DNA of 63,162 bases, the filler included, from Octopus bimaculoides (lineage: Eukaryota): the NCBI RefSeq assembly GCF_001194135.2. It is 4 parts of 3 records of this genome, joined end to end, with 100 filler letters (N's around TTAATTAATTAA, not from the genome) between each part and the next. Parts side by side here need not be neighbours in the genome. Positions count along the whole stretch, not along the records: positions 1 to 17,622 come from NC_068985.1; positions 17,723 to 36,829 come from NC_068985.1; 2 more parts are not named here. One strand, given 5' to 3'. The stretch's first letter is position 1; every line of letters starts with the position of its first letter. Position numbers and translations under genes: made by a program. Below, piece after piece: positions 13,222 through 26,586 of the stretch. Below the pieces are notes generated by a model that saw only the letters and a program-made list of their open reading frames with translations, was not told where the DNA came from and did no database searches.

Positions 13222-14807
13222 TGCATATATGAGTACAGGACGTCAACAGCAGTTCAGATAACATGCCCACGGGAGATAGATACAAGACGTGGACAGTAGT
13301 TACAGGACAAAAATTTGTGAAGTACGTGAACAACGATAGAAAATAAATTTGAAAACTGGACGTCAGGTTTACGATGGGAAGGATTACTTCCCTTTGCAAA
13401 TACTGATATGTCACAGAAAGTTTGTCAATAGCCAGCAGGAGGAGATGTTCTCCTGGGGCTACAAGCTACAGTAGCATTCGCTTTTAGTGGTTAGCCGCAT
13501 TTAAGTGCCATATACACTTCACGTTGTCGTGCAGCTACTGTTTATACCTCGTTCAGAGATTTATTATTGCTATATATATATATCAAGCATGATTTATTCG
13601 TAATCAGGGGCCTTCGTAAACCGAGGAACTACTGTATTTAATAAATATGAGAAAGACAGGAGATAAAGTACGATTTTTCGTGATCAGATTTGTTCGATAA
13701 CCGACGTTCTACTGCATATGTTATCGGTGAAACCGAAGCGAGAGAAAAAGACAAAACCTAAAATTGTGATGAGTTGAAATCGAAACTAAACTACAAGGTT
13801 ACAAGCCGGTCTTTTCAGGCATACAGCGATGTGTATGTGTTCATACATACAGAGATGTGTATGCGTTTTATTTGCTAGACTGCACAAGAAATATCTAAAG
13901 GTGATTGGAATGGTCTACAACCGCTTTCCCTGATGCATTTTTGCTTTACAGTCGACCACATCTAACATTTTAAATTATCATACAAAGGAATCTTCTTAAA
14001 ATAACGTGTAATGGGAATAGAGACGGTCTCATAAATTAAGACACAATTCATTCTTTTCATTGATTACAGTAAATAGTTTACATTACATCATATCACTCCA
14101 ATCGCTTCATTATAAAATGTGCTTAATAACGACTTTAACGTATAGAGTCCAGTATTACCCTGTGGCGCACTGGAGAAACACGAACACCAATAATTTATAA
14201 TAATGGATCTTTAGACATCATTAGTTACAGAGTTTTGGAAAGATATTAAATTGATTGGATTAACTGGTTTCCCTTAGCAACAATCTCCTATCCTTTCCCC
14301 TATGAACTAAATATCTACTTACTGCTCGAAATCAACATTAGTACCATTGAGTTAGTGGCAAAAAGCAAGATGAGGAGGAGTTGGATGTAGATGAGCTGAC
14401 ATTGATCCACTTCGATCTGGTTTGACATAGGTTCACTTCAATTATACCATGATTAACCGCAGGAAAGATATGGCACGGATAATATATCATAGTTAACTTT
14501 TCAAATGCACAAAATCTTACATCTACTTAGAACAATACTAGAATTCATACATGAGGATTATAATTTGGCAACAATACAGTTGCACTGCTTTAGATAACGC
14601 ACAAACTCACAAAGCTCTATACTTATAATGAAAAATAGTCATGTAATCATGTAATCAGGTGAATGTCCCCCTTTGCACGAATTCAACAGGCCTCAATAGA
14701 AACAGATTAAATATCACTATCGTTGCACTATATGGTAAATGTAATTCCTCTGTAAAAAGAGTATACAGGAGGGTTTCGATTCCAGAATGCAACCAGTTTG
14801 TTTCACT

Positions 14808-15284
<477 letters not shown>

Positions 15285-15370
15285 GTTACATTACGTTACA
15301 TTATACGCACAATAAAATGATGAACCTAAACAACCTTCCATTGTTGACGAAGGTATGATTTATAAATATA

Positions 15371-15604
15371 CAGGGTTAGCCAAACGTCATCTGACAGTAA
15401 ATCAAAACCATTTAATTCCAAGATTTATTTATGTTAAACAACTGAATGAATTTAACAAAAGCATCTAAATATGAAACATCCTGAAAATTGTTCAAACTGA
15501 ACTCCTTCTTGAGTAACATATTTTTCCATTCGAGTAAATACAGATTTGCAGATGGTACTTATGTAATTTTGATTTAGTGTCGGGTGAGTTTTGGCCAACC
15601 CCTG
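15371..15604. mobile_element. Tc1/mariner-type MITE
   Basis: About 38-bp imperfect terminal inverted repeats (cagggttagccaaacgtcatctgacagtaaatcaaaa / ttttgatttagtgtcgggtgagttttggccaacccctg) with TA on both flanks. Confidence 0.85.
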
Positions 15605-15718
15605 TATATTGGATCTGCGTTTCAATCTTCTAGGGTCGCTATGGTTTCTCCACGAAGTATGTTTTCACTCTGTGGATAAACATATAATGATTAAACACGT
15701 AATATATGGCCCTTTTAT

Positions 15719-15932
15719 AGCGGCGAGCTGGTAGAAACGTTAGCACTCTGGGCGAAATGCTTAGCGGTATTTCGTCTGTCTTTTCGTTCTAAGTTCCAAT
15801 TACGCGAGGTCACCTTTGATATTCATCATTTCGGAGATCGATAAATTAAGTACGAGTTGTGTACTGGGGTCGATCTAATCGACTGGCCCCCTCTACAAAA
15901 TTTCGGGTCTTGTGTCTAGAGTAGAAAAGGAT
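15719..15932 (+). mobile_element. SINE family A
   Basis: gcggcgagctggtagaaacgttagc...ggggtcgatctaatcgactgg...agagtagaaaagg; more than a dozen copies in the window. Confidence 0.9.
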
Positions 15933-16024
15933 ATTTAGCCCTTTTGTTCATATCTATTACAGAAAACTCGATGTGATGAGAGCGTTGACAATTGATACCG
16001 GACCGTCAACCATTTATCTTCCAT

Positions 16025-16385
16025 TTTTTACCTGTTTCAGTCATTAGACTGCGGCCTTGCTGAGGCACCAACTTGCAGGAATGAATCTGCACCAGAATTT
16101 ATTTTCTTATAACGTGGTTCTTATTCTATCGGTGTTTTGTCGGAATGACTAAATTAATAGGGCATAAGTACACCAACACCGGTTGACACGCAGTTGTAGG
16201 GGCGCAAACACAGACACAATGGCACATACTCACACACAAACACGCAGACAGACACAAACACACACATACATATACGATGGGTTTATTTCAGTTTCTACCG
16301 AAGGAACTCACAAGGCTTAGGCAGGCCAGAGGCTATAGAACACACTTGCCCAAATTATCACGCAGTAGGACTGAACCTGAAACCC
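16025..16385 (-). mobile_element. SINE family B, diverged copy
   Basis: Similarity to 14808-15284. Confidence 0.8.
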
Positions 16386-16397
16386 GCTTCACCTTTC

Positions 16398-16568
16398 TAC
16401 ATTTGACAGATATTTGTCCTCATCTTGTTCGTTGTTAACACAACGTTTCGGCTGATATAGCCTCCAGCCTTCATCAAGTGTCTTGGGGAAATTTCGAACA
16501 TGGGTTCTCATTCCTAAGGTATTTTTCCATGTTATCATTATTATTATTATTGTCATTATTATTATTAC

Positions 16569-16614
<46 letters not shown>

Positions 16615-16690
16615 TAGGTCATTGCCTAGAATCGAACACGGAATCTTGGGGTTAGTAGCCCGCACTCTTAACCATTACACCATATGTAAC
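16398..16690 (-). mobile_element. SINE family D, complete: tRNA-like head, (TAA)n, body, hammerhead-like 3' tail
   Basis: Minus head atatggtgtaatggttaagagtgcgggctactaaccccaagattccgtgttcgattctaggc. The tail reads gacac-TTGATGA-A-GGCTG-loop-CAGCC-GAAAC-GTT-gtgtt at 16482-16437. Confidence 0.85.
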
Positions 16691-17009
16691 AGGCATATCT
16701 AAATAATGTGCGTGTATATACATACATATATATATATATATATGTACATAATTCCTCGTCTCTTAAATATAGACCTGTATCATTTTTATCACTAACGTAT
16801 ATTATTACAGTAATTTCTAGAAACACAGACGCTGTTACCTATTTAATTAAGGCAGCAATTGATATGTCGATTCAAATAACAATATATTAAAATAAGAAGA
16901 ACCATTACTTCAATATCTATAAAGCTAAATATATTTGTGTGTATGTGTATGTGTATCTGTATGTATGTGTATGTGTTTGTATCACAATATATACACATAA
17001 ATAGAAGGA

Positions 17010-17565
17010 ATTTCGAACCACGTATCGTGGTTCGCTGCCTCAACAGCTCCTTTATATTATCCAGTGGCTAAGGGCATCGTCAGGAGGAACCACGTCCGGT
17101 TTCAGCCCCTAGTCCTCTAAGGTTTTCGACATAACGGAGATCCCCCTTTCGAAGGAGTCTTCAGCTCTGGTGTTGACTGCATTTATCTCATTTTTCTTTG
17201 TCAGCGTGTGAATGACCACCCGGCCAAATTTTCCCTTAAATACTCGCCGTGACACAATCAAAGCTTCAACTGACCAATTGAGGGGATGGGCACATAGCTT
17301 TGGCCCGCGCCCTCTCGGAACCTACCTTCCAAGGGAGTCATGTTAGTTTCAGCGCCAGCAACCAAAGCCGACTAGTTGTCTGGTCGTACAAGCCTTTAAA
17401 CTATCGGGGAGGAGCGTGTGCGATGAACGAGATGGTTCCCTTGGCCTACCTGTCAAGAATCAAAACTGTTTAGGTGCCAGCCAGCTTCCCCTAGACATCC
17501 TATTTCCCAGTCGGCATGTTATCGCTTTGGAGACATTTCGGGTTATCTCCGATCAGCTATCATAT
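17010..17565 (-). mobile_element. GC-richer island, probable retroelement terminal region with a degenerate hammerhead-like motif
   Basis: Composition contrasts with the flanks. On the minus strand, CTGACGA at 17083-17077 is preceded by cgtggttcctc and followed by a pairable stem II and gcgaaccacg. No family assignment. Confidence 0.4.
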
Positions 17566-17622
17566 ATATATATATATTAATAATAATAACATGACAACAA
17601 AAGAATGAATGAGACCTCGATA

Positions 17623-17722
17623 NNNNNNNNNNNNNNNNNNNNNNNNNNNNNNNNNNNNNNNNNNNNTTAATTAATTAANNNNNNNNNNNNNNNNNNNNNN
17701 NNNNNNNNNNNNNNNNNNNNNN
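17623..17722. other. Artificial 100-bp scaffold gap marker N44-TTAATTAATTAA-N44
   Basis: Identical architecture at 36830-36929 and 49589-49688. Confidence 0.95.
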
Positions 17723-17835
<113 letters not shown>

Positions 17836-18092
17836 AAGAAGAAGAAGAAGAAGAAGAAGAAGAAGAAATAGCAGCAAAAAAAACAAACCAACAGTGCCTT
17901 TGTTATCAAGTGAACGATATTTCGGCATCTAGTGTTCATTCCACAGGTTCAAGAAATAAACATGTCAATCTACTTTATTTTTGGTAGTATTTTAGAGGAT
18001 TGAGGTAACTAGATGCCGAAATATCTTTCACTTGATAACAATGGCACCTTCCTTCTCTTTTTTGCTTCTGTTTACCTTTTGGAGGAGTTACC

Positions 18093-18094
18093 TC

Positions 18095-18144
<50 letters not shown>

Positions 18145-18158
18145 TAATAATAATGATG

Positions 18159-18221
<63 letters not shown>

Positions 18222-18372
18222 TCGAAAAATATCTTAGGAATGAGAACTCAGGTTCGAAATTTCCACAAGACACCTGATGAAGGCTGGAAGGTATATCAGC
18301 CGAAATGTTGTGTTAACAACAAACAATATGAGGACAAATATCCGTCAAATGTAAATAATGTAAATAATGTAT
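18093..18372 (+). mobile_element. SINE family D, headless copy: (TAA)n, body, tail
   Basis: Reverse complement of the 16398-16615 segment; ends in aaataatgt repeats. Confidence 0.85.
18269..18314 (+). ncRNA. Minimal type I hammerhead ribozyme-like motif (intact core)
   Basis: gacac [CTGATGA] A [GGCTG gaaggtatat CAGCC] [GAAA] T GTT gtgtt. Stem I gacac/gtgtt, perfect 5-bp stem II, GUU cleavage triplet, loopless stem III. Activity untested. Confidence 0.65.
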
Positions 18373-19181
18373 AAAATCATGCATTTCAACTACGAACACT
18401 CCACATATTCTTTCAAGTATTGTGTACACCTGACTATATACTACGTTGATTTTTGTTAGTTTTTAACGGGACGGAATAGCTTCGCAGTGTTTTCCTTGCT
18501 ACTTTGAGTGACTACAGAGAAACACATTCTATGGCAGATAATAAACATTTGCATATACCCTGTATGCTACTGATGCATTTGACGTAAAAGTGAATGGTCG
18601 CTAATCTTTCTCCTTTAACTTCGTGTCTCTGATACTCTTAGAAGTAGTAAAAATACACGAAATACATGAAAGTTTGGGAGGTAAAATATTACTTTTACAA
18701 CAACATTAAATACGCTATCAGGGAAGCGTATTTAATGCTGTCTTTATATATCTGGTTAGTGGCTTCCTTTATAGTTAGAGTTCACTAGCAATCCCTAATT
18801 AATAGTTGTAAATACGATAATATCCAGGTAATTTAGAAATGACTGTAACTGTTTATAACTCCCAAATAGCAAATTCCAACAAATATTGCTAATCAATAGC
18901 TATCATAACTATTATTATTATTATTATTATTATTACTATTATTATTATTGTTCAGTAGTTTTATTTTTATAACGTGCTTTCACTTCACTACCGAGCGCAG
19001 CTCTGTGCGCCTTAGGTATGTGCTGTGGTTTGCTGTGATGCTCTTATGTTTACTGTATTGAAAGTGTTTTGCGTAGAATGTGTGCAGTACCCAGTAGTGC
19101 AATTTTCTGTATGTTATATATATTTCTAAGTCCTGGTATTTTTGTTATGTATTTGTCTATTTTTGTTATGTATTTGTCTGA

Positions 19182-19249
<68 letters not shown>

Positions 19250-19254
19250 TCTCT

Positions 19255-20190
19255 GAAGGCTTGAGCTGGCAGAATCGTTAGCGCGTTGGACGAAATGCTT
19301 AGTCGATAAATTAANNNNNNNNNNNNNNNNNNNNNNNNNNNNNNNNNNNNNNNNNNNNNNNNNNNNNNNNNNNNNNNNNNNNNNNNNNNNNNNNNNNNNN
19401 NNNNNNNNNNNNNNNNNNNNNNNNNNNNNNNNNNNNNNNNNNNNNNNNNNNNNNNNNNNNNNNNNNNNNNNNNNNNNNNNNNNNNNNNNNNNNNNNNNNN
19501 NNNNNGTGAGGTGGCTGAATCATGAGCACGCCGGGCGAAATGCTTAGCGGTATTTCGTTTGTTGCTACGTTCCGAGTTCAAATTCCGGCGTTGTCGACTT
19601 TGCCTTTCATCGTTCCGGGGTCAATAAAATAAATACCAATTGAACACTGGGGTCGATGTAATCGACCCAGCCACTCCCCCACAATTGCCCGCCCCCCCTT
19701 GTGGCAAAATTTAATACCATTACTACTATTATTATTCGTTGAAGAACTGACAGAATCGTTAGTACGCCAGGAAAAATGCTTAACGTCCTTCGACCGTCCT
19801 TAGGTGCTGAATTCAAATTCAGCCGAAATGGATTTTGTTTTTCATCCTTTCGGGATCGATAAAATAATAACCACTTGAGCGCTGGGGTCAATGTAATCAA
19901 CTTAGCTCCTCCCCCGACATTGCTGGCCTTGCGCCAAAATATAAAATTATTATTCTGATTCGACTAAATGTAGTGAGCTGGTAGACTCGTTAGCGTGCAG
20001 GACAAAATGCGTAAAAGCATTTCGTCTGCCTTTACCTTTTGAGTTCAAATTCCACCGAGGTCAACTTCGCCTTTTATCTTTTCTGAGTCGATAAATTGAG
20101 TACCAGTCAAACACTGCGGTCGATCTAATCGACTAGTACCCTCCACCAGAATCTCAGTCCTTGGGCCTATAACAGAAAGAATTATTATTA
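19255..20190 (+). mobile_element. Cluster of four co-oriented SINE family A copies (first cut by a gap)
   Basis: Heads or bodies at about 19255, 19510, 19740 and 19970, separated by short (TAT)n-like spacers. Confidence 0.85.
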
Positions 20191-20289
20191 TTCAACTTCA
20201 CTCAAGTTTGGCCTTATTCCAGGTAGAATTTACTTGAGTAGCGCGTTACCACCTGTAACCTTCGATATCCACAAGCTTTCAATAACCTT

Positions 20290-20500
20290 CCAGTTGCTCG
20301 AAACACTTCTCATATTCATTCATGTTCCTTTGAGGCAGACTTTCTGTAGAAGCTCTACAGGACGGTCTGTTCTGATCTTCTACAAACATTTGTCTATATC
20401 ATTCCTCACACTCCCTAATGTAACAATTATTACATGCACAACATTTATAGTTTCCATGCTCCAAATTCTCGCAAATCCAAATTTTAAGGGATAGCGTTTT
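20290..20500 (-). mobile_element. R4/Dong-type LINE extreme 3' fragment
   Basis: Minus translation LKFGFARIWSMETINVVHVIIVTLGSV...LLQKVCLKGT matches the C-terminus seen at 6200-6400. Confidence 0.65.
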
Positions 20501-20857
20501 TTTTTTTTTAATTTTTCGTCTTTCTTTCTTAACAATCCTAGAATCAAACGGACACGATGAATCATGGCATGCGTTGCTCTACTGACGGAGAGCAGTGCAT
20601 GCCATGAAAGTGACACTGGGGTACCAATATACGAAGCCCATTATACCCATCATGACTACCCGTCTGATAAGGGTACACCAGGCACATGAATCACAACCAT
20701 ATGTGCGTGACATGGTGATCTTATATCAAGATAAACAGCACATAACCCTGCAGATGGGCCCAGTTAGAATTTTCTTCAGGTCAAGTAGCCTATCCAACTC
20801 AAAAGGTCCTTGAATAAGGGTTGTTTGAGGATGTTGAACAAAACACCCATGTTTTAT

Positions 20858-21072
20858 GCCTTTTCTACTCTAGGCACAAGGCCCGAAATTTTGGGAGAGG
20901 GAGCCAGTTGATTAGATCGACCCAGTACGCAACTGGTACTTAATTTATCCACTCCGAAAAGATGAAAGGCACAGTCGACCTCGGTGAAATTTGAACTCAA
21001 AACGCAAAGACAGACGAAATACCGCTAAGCATTTCGCCTGGCGTGCTATCGTTACGGCCAGCTCGCCGCCTT
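20858..21072 (-). mobile_element. SINE family A
   Basis: Reverse complement of the family A consensus. Confidence 0.9.
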
Positions 21073-21170
21073 ATACCAAAACAAAATATGTACATGGTAA
21101 CACTTCCAATCAGTTAAGATCATAAGCCATGAGAACCAGTGCTGTGTACTGCATTAGACCATTTCATTAA

Positions 21171-21378
<208 letters not shown>

Positions 21379-23037
21379 GCATTTTCGTTCCCTAAATTAC
21401 TCGGTGTCTAATTCGATCTTGACACTCAGGTGCATAGGAATTCGTCAGAGGTCACGAGCAGGTTTGTCAATCTCACACACAAATGAGCTTTTGAAAGGCC
21501 GGTGAGAAGTAGCCAATGCATACATCATATCGGTGTTTTAATACCGCCTGACCGTCGTTGACCCAAGAAATCTCTGACCAAATTGGAACGTTTGCTTTTC
21601 CAATTAGTATAAAAAGTTTAGGTTCCGTTTATCAGAAAATTCATCTGCTGTCATTGTAAGACCAGAGTTCAATTTCCACCGAGGTCGACTTTGCCTTTTA
21701 TCTTTTAGGAGTAGATTAAATAGGTACCATCTGAGCACAAGGTTCGATGTAATCAGCTTAATCCCTCCCTGAATGTGGTGACCAAGTGCTAAAATTTGAG
21801 GCCAGTATATATCGTCAGTTGAAAACTTTGAAAAGTTATGAATGATTATTTTTATACTTTGTTTGGGAATAAGCTTGGTACTTCCTCATTCAAATGTTAT
21901 ACTTATTTACTACTTTGTGCAAAACTATATATTCTGTACACTCACTAGCTTCAAAATTTTCACTCGCCACTTGACTGAAACTGGTATATAAAATGCAGTT
22001 ATGGCTTCACAGCAATCAACGTACGAAAAACAAAACATAAGCGCTTTGAAACAAAAGCTCGTAAATTGGTAACACCTCATGTATATAACAGAACAAGGCA
22101 AAATATACGCAAAAAAATATCAGCACTAAATGTCAGGATATAAAAGCACCACTTCGTTTTATGATTTAAGTGCATCCGACGAAGATACCTCGAAAAAGTC
22201 TCTCCAACTGCTTGTATTATACTCGTATATTTTTATTTTCTTAACTTTATCTCATTTGGGGTAATCTACAACAGTTTGCCGACATCAAGTACATTTATCA
22301 ATGGAATTCACATTGATAATGATTGTTATCAGCAAGCGATTTTAAAAAATATATCTTACTTCTATATTTCAAACAAATATATTCTTTCTAGTATCTTATA
22401 AAATAAGATATATTTTCTATCATGAAGTCTACGATAAATACGATAAAATATATACAACTATAATATGTGTTCTTACCGTTAGGTATACTCTATTCATTTC
22501 TCTGGAGGTTATGTGTTCGTGTATGTAAATGTGTATTGATACTACCCTTCATATCCATAAAATATTTATAGTTTTTCAACCTCATGTATTCAGCGGATTT
22601 ATGGGTAAATTCTGTAACTTTAATAGGGAATCCATTTAATAGGGAGCTACTGCAACATTTAGCACATGGTACTGTGATTTTCAGGTACAATCTCGTCGCT
22701 GATTTGAATATCCTATCTATATTTACAACACTCTAGAGTTTAAGGCTCATGCCCTTATATCGACGGAGCGCATTGGAAAGAGCTAAGGCAAAGAGCTGAA
22801 AGGTTGAGCGACAAGTAAGCAGATGCTGTGAACACACATCTGAGACAGACCCCTCTTACTAAATTCTGTTATGGGATAATACTAATAATGGAACACCCCT
22901 CCCCCGTGACGAGTGGTATGTGTTAGATATTACCAATACTGTGATGTAGGAATTTGAGTGTCAGTCGAGTAGACGGTCATAGATATATAGTCGTGTCTTA
23001 TCTATCTAACTAGCTATACTGCTATACCGAAGTGGGC

Positions 23038-23125
23038 GATATAACATATTCCCATCATCGTTCAGTGACTGTTTGCGCTATCCAGCGGCTCACCGTAAAT
23101 TAAATACGGGGTGGCAGCGGTAAGT
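23038..23125 (+). promoter_or_regulatory. Candidate core promoter and non-coding first exon
   Basis: TATAA at 23040-23044, Inr-like TCAGT at 23062-23066, consensus donor GCG|GTAAGT with the intron starting at 23120. Unique, CpG-containing sequence. Motif-only evidence. Confidence 0.3.
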
Positions 23126-23299
23126 ATTTATGCGCATAAATACAAACTTATTACCGGTTCAAGTATTCTTTAGACATTTTCGAACCCGTTTGAAAGTCAT
23201 TCGCTGCATTTTGTCGGGGAGAAAAATCTCTTGCTGGAAACAAAAGTATGTGTAGGAATTGTCAGCATCATGAATTCTGGTTATATATGGATTTCAAAT

Positions 23300-23485
23300 T
23301 TTGGCACAAGGCCACTAATTTCGGAAGCGGAATAAGTCAATTACATTGACCCCAGGGTACAGCCGGTACTTATTTTACTGCCCTTGAGAGGATGAAATGC
23401 AAAGTCAGAACATAAAGACGGATGAAATGCCGCTAAGCCTTTTGTCCGGCCGGCGTCCTAAGGATTCTGCCAGCTCGCCGTCTTA
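23300..23485 (-). mobile_element. SINE family A
   Basis: Reverse complement of the family A consensus. Confidence 0.8.
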
Positions 23486-24004
23486 AATAAAACAACAGGT
23501 GGTTATTTTCAGGGGAAAGGAACTCATTTATGTTGACATGATAGGTGCACCATTTATTAATCCAGAAAACCTTCAGGATTGACACCAGTAATGTCAAACC
23601 TGGTACTTATACTGTCGATACCTACTGCTGAACTGCTCCACCTCACAAGTGGTGGTTGGGGACAAGCAATATATATATATTTCAATACGGAGCAAATAAT
23701 TCAGGAGAAAATATTTGCGAAGATATAATTGACTCTATTATTATCTAGTGTAACGATTAAAAATGATAATAACAGAATCAATAATATAGGTGATTGCAGG
23801 CCTTAAAATTCATTAAATAGCTGAATGATTAAAATTAATCAAAGGACATCCTAAGTATGTCTACCTGCTGGAAATAACAGGCAAAACTCTTATTTAAATC
23901 GCCGAAAACTTTATTTTAAATAAGCGTTTTGACTGTTATTTCCATCAGGTAGACACACTTAATATATCCTTTGATTAATTTTATGTGTATATATATGTAT
24001 ATAT

Positions 24005-24069
<65 letters not shown>

Positions 24070-25261
24070 TACATACATACATACATACATACATACATGC
24101 AGACATACATGCATGCAAACAAAAATACCCTGTTGTTGATGTAGAAATTCCAATGAAGGAACCTTGGATCTAGGTTAGAAACCGGTTCTTTCTCTATTGG
24201 CAAGACATCTTGAAATAAACTGAATGACATAAAAATGAGAAAGCTTGTTCGAGGACTACAGATCCAATCCATCAGTGGAACTGTAAAGATCTGTAAAACT
24301 TTCCAGAAGTTTAGTCTTCAAATATATATGCGCATGTCTAGATATGCAACTATATGCATTAGTATACATACATAAAGCAGAACGTACAAAGCTGCACATA
24401 TACATACATAAAAACAAAAATACCCTGTTGTTGATGTTGAAATTCCAATGATGGAGTTTAGAAACCGTTTTTTTTTTCTCTATTGGCACTTATCAATCCT
24501 CCCAGGATCGAATTAGAAACGAAGGGTTTTTGACAAGTATATAAACTTAGAAATTAGAAAGTGTAAATATAAAAGGGTTTTTTAATCACTGGAATATTTC
24601 GGAGTCGAGTGAAATAAAATTGCTGGTTTACGTTAGAAACCAGCTCTTTCTCTATTGGCACGAAATCTTAAAATAAAACTGAAGAATTACATACGTACAT
24701 ACATACATATGACAGGATTCTACACAATTTCCTCCTAAAAATTTACTCAAAATGCATTAGTTAGTCCAGAGCTGTAACAGACAAAAATTGTCCAAGTGCC
24801 ACATACTGGGACAGAACTCTAAACAACAAGATTGCAAAGAAAGTTACTTAATCGCTCCATCATTCCTGAACGCACAGCAGTTTTCAATTATATTTAAATG
24901 GATATTTTCAAAAATAGTTTTATACTTACCACAAGCTCAATAGCCATTATCATGGGATAATTCACATGACAAAGCGAATGGTAATTATGATCAACATGGT
25001 GACATGCAGATAAGAGATCGATATGAATAAAAAGCGCATTGAAAAAAACATTGCTTCAATTGAGCGGGCAATCTTTTGGAGCCAAATGTAAATTGAGATT
25101 AGACTAGTTGTTGCTGTAATTCCAGAATGGTGAAAAGAGATATTCTGAATCTGAAGAACTTTTGTTTGATAAACAATATGGCGTTTAAATCTTTTCATAC
25201 CACGCAATGCATCAATGTATCTATGACTGTCAACTATAAGAGTACACACACACACACACGC

Positions 25262-25398
<137 letters not shown>

Positions 25399-25909
25399 CA
25401 TATACATATATACATATACATTTACACACACACTCACACGCACACACACATATATATACTTGTTTAATGTACTTATACTTATAATACTATTTGCCTATCC
25501 GCTATGTGTGTCCGTCCGTGCATGCGTATGTGTGTGCGTATGTGTGCGTGCATGCGTGTGTTTGTGTGCATGTATTTGTGAATGCGCATTGGTTGGTACT
25601 TACGGGGTTGCACTCATAATTACAAGATCGTGGGTTCAATTCCTGAGCTGAGTAGCACCTTGTGTTCTTGAGCAAATCACACCACCTCGCGTTGTTCTGC
25701 GCTCACTTCATCAACTGTTGTCTGTACACCTAGCACCTATTAAAGCGAGTCGATTTGATGGAGAGAGCGAGCTCCTGCACTATAAACAAATTTGTGCATG
25801 TTTGTTGAGCAAGAAATCTCTGAACCGTCTTTGTCGGACTACAAGATTTTACCAATATCGTTACCATAATCATAGCTGCTTACACATTTTTCAACATGCA
25901 ACCACTCAT

Positions 25910-25943
<34 letters not shown>

Positions 25944-26039
25944 CAGTTTCTATGTGTCGCTACTCTAGTCTGCGCATGTACCCGCTTAAAGTCTCACGAA
26001 CAGGACTTGCGTGAGTTAAGATTCTGGGTCGAGACAAAG

Positions 26040-26447
26040 TGACTCCTTCCTTAAATTTGTGAATAAGAGAAGTCGAAAAATTGACCCCCTCTGTAAATTT
26101 ATAAATGAGGGAAAGAGAAATTAAAAAAATTTGACTTCCTCTGCCAATTTATAAATGAAAGATGGAGAAGTCAAATAGTTGACTCCCTCTGTAAATTTAA
26201 AATGATGGAAGAAGAAGTCAAAAAAATTTGACTCCTTCTGTAAATTTATAAATGAGGGAAGGAGAAGTCAAAAATTGACTCACTCTGTCAAATTATAAAT
26301 GAGGGAAGGAGAAGTAAAAAAAAATTGACTCCTGTAAATTCATAAATGAGAGAAGTCAAAACTTGACTTCCTCTGTAGATGTATGAGGAAAGGAAATGTT
26401 AAATGAAGGAAGGAGAGGTAAAAAAGTTGACTCCCTCTGTAAATTTC
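26040..26447. repeat. Minisatellite, about 8.5 units of roughly 48 bp
   Basis: Consensus gactccctctgtaaatttataaatgagggaaggagaagtcaaaaaatt, with unit starts near 26040, 26082, 26132, 26181, 26230, 26277, 26327, 26365 and 26429. Confidence 0.9.
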
Positions 26448-26586
26448 TTTCTAATTATTTAAGAGAAAGATAGTATTATATTTAATATAATTTTGATAAC
26501 ACATTTCTGATAGTTTAATAATATATATTAGCCGCTATGAAAGATAAAATACCTCTGCCGTCTTCAGTATAACATACCCCACAGTA

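Noticed and set aside
16615-16690. tRNA-like sequences (also 30611-30680 and 56703-56770)
   Set aside because: They lack a complete cloverleaf acceptor stem and continue into repeated bodies; they are SINE heads, not tRNA genes.
26040-26447. CRISPR-like appearance of the palindromic repeat array
   Set aside because: Units abut with no unique spacers, there are no cas genes, and the context is eukaryotic.
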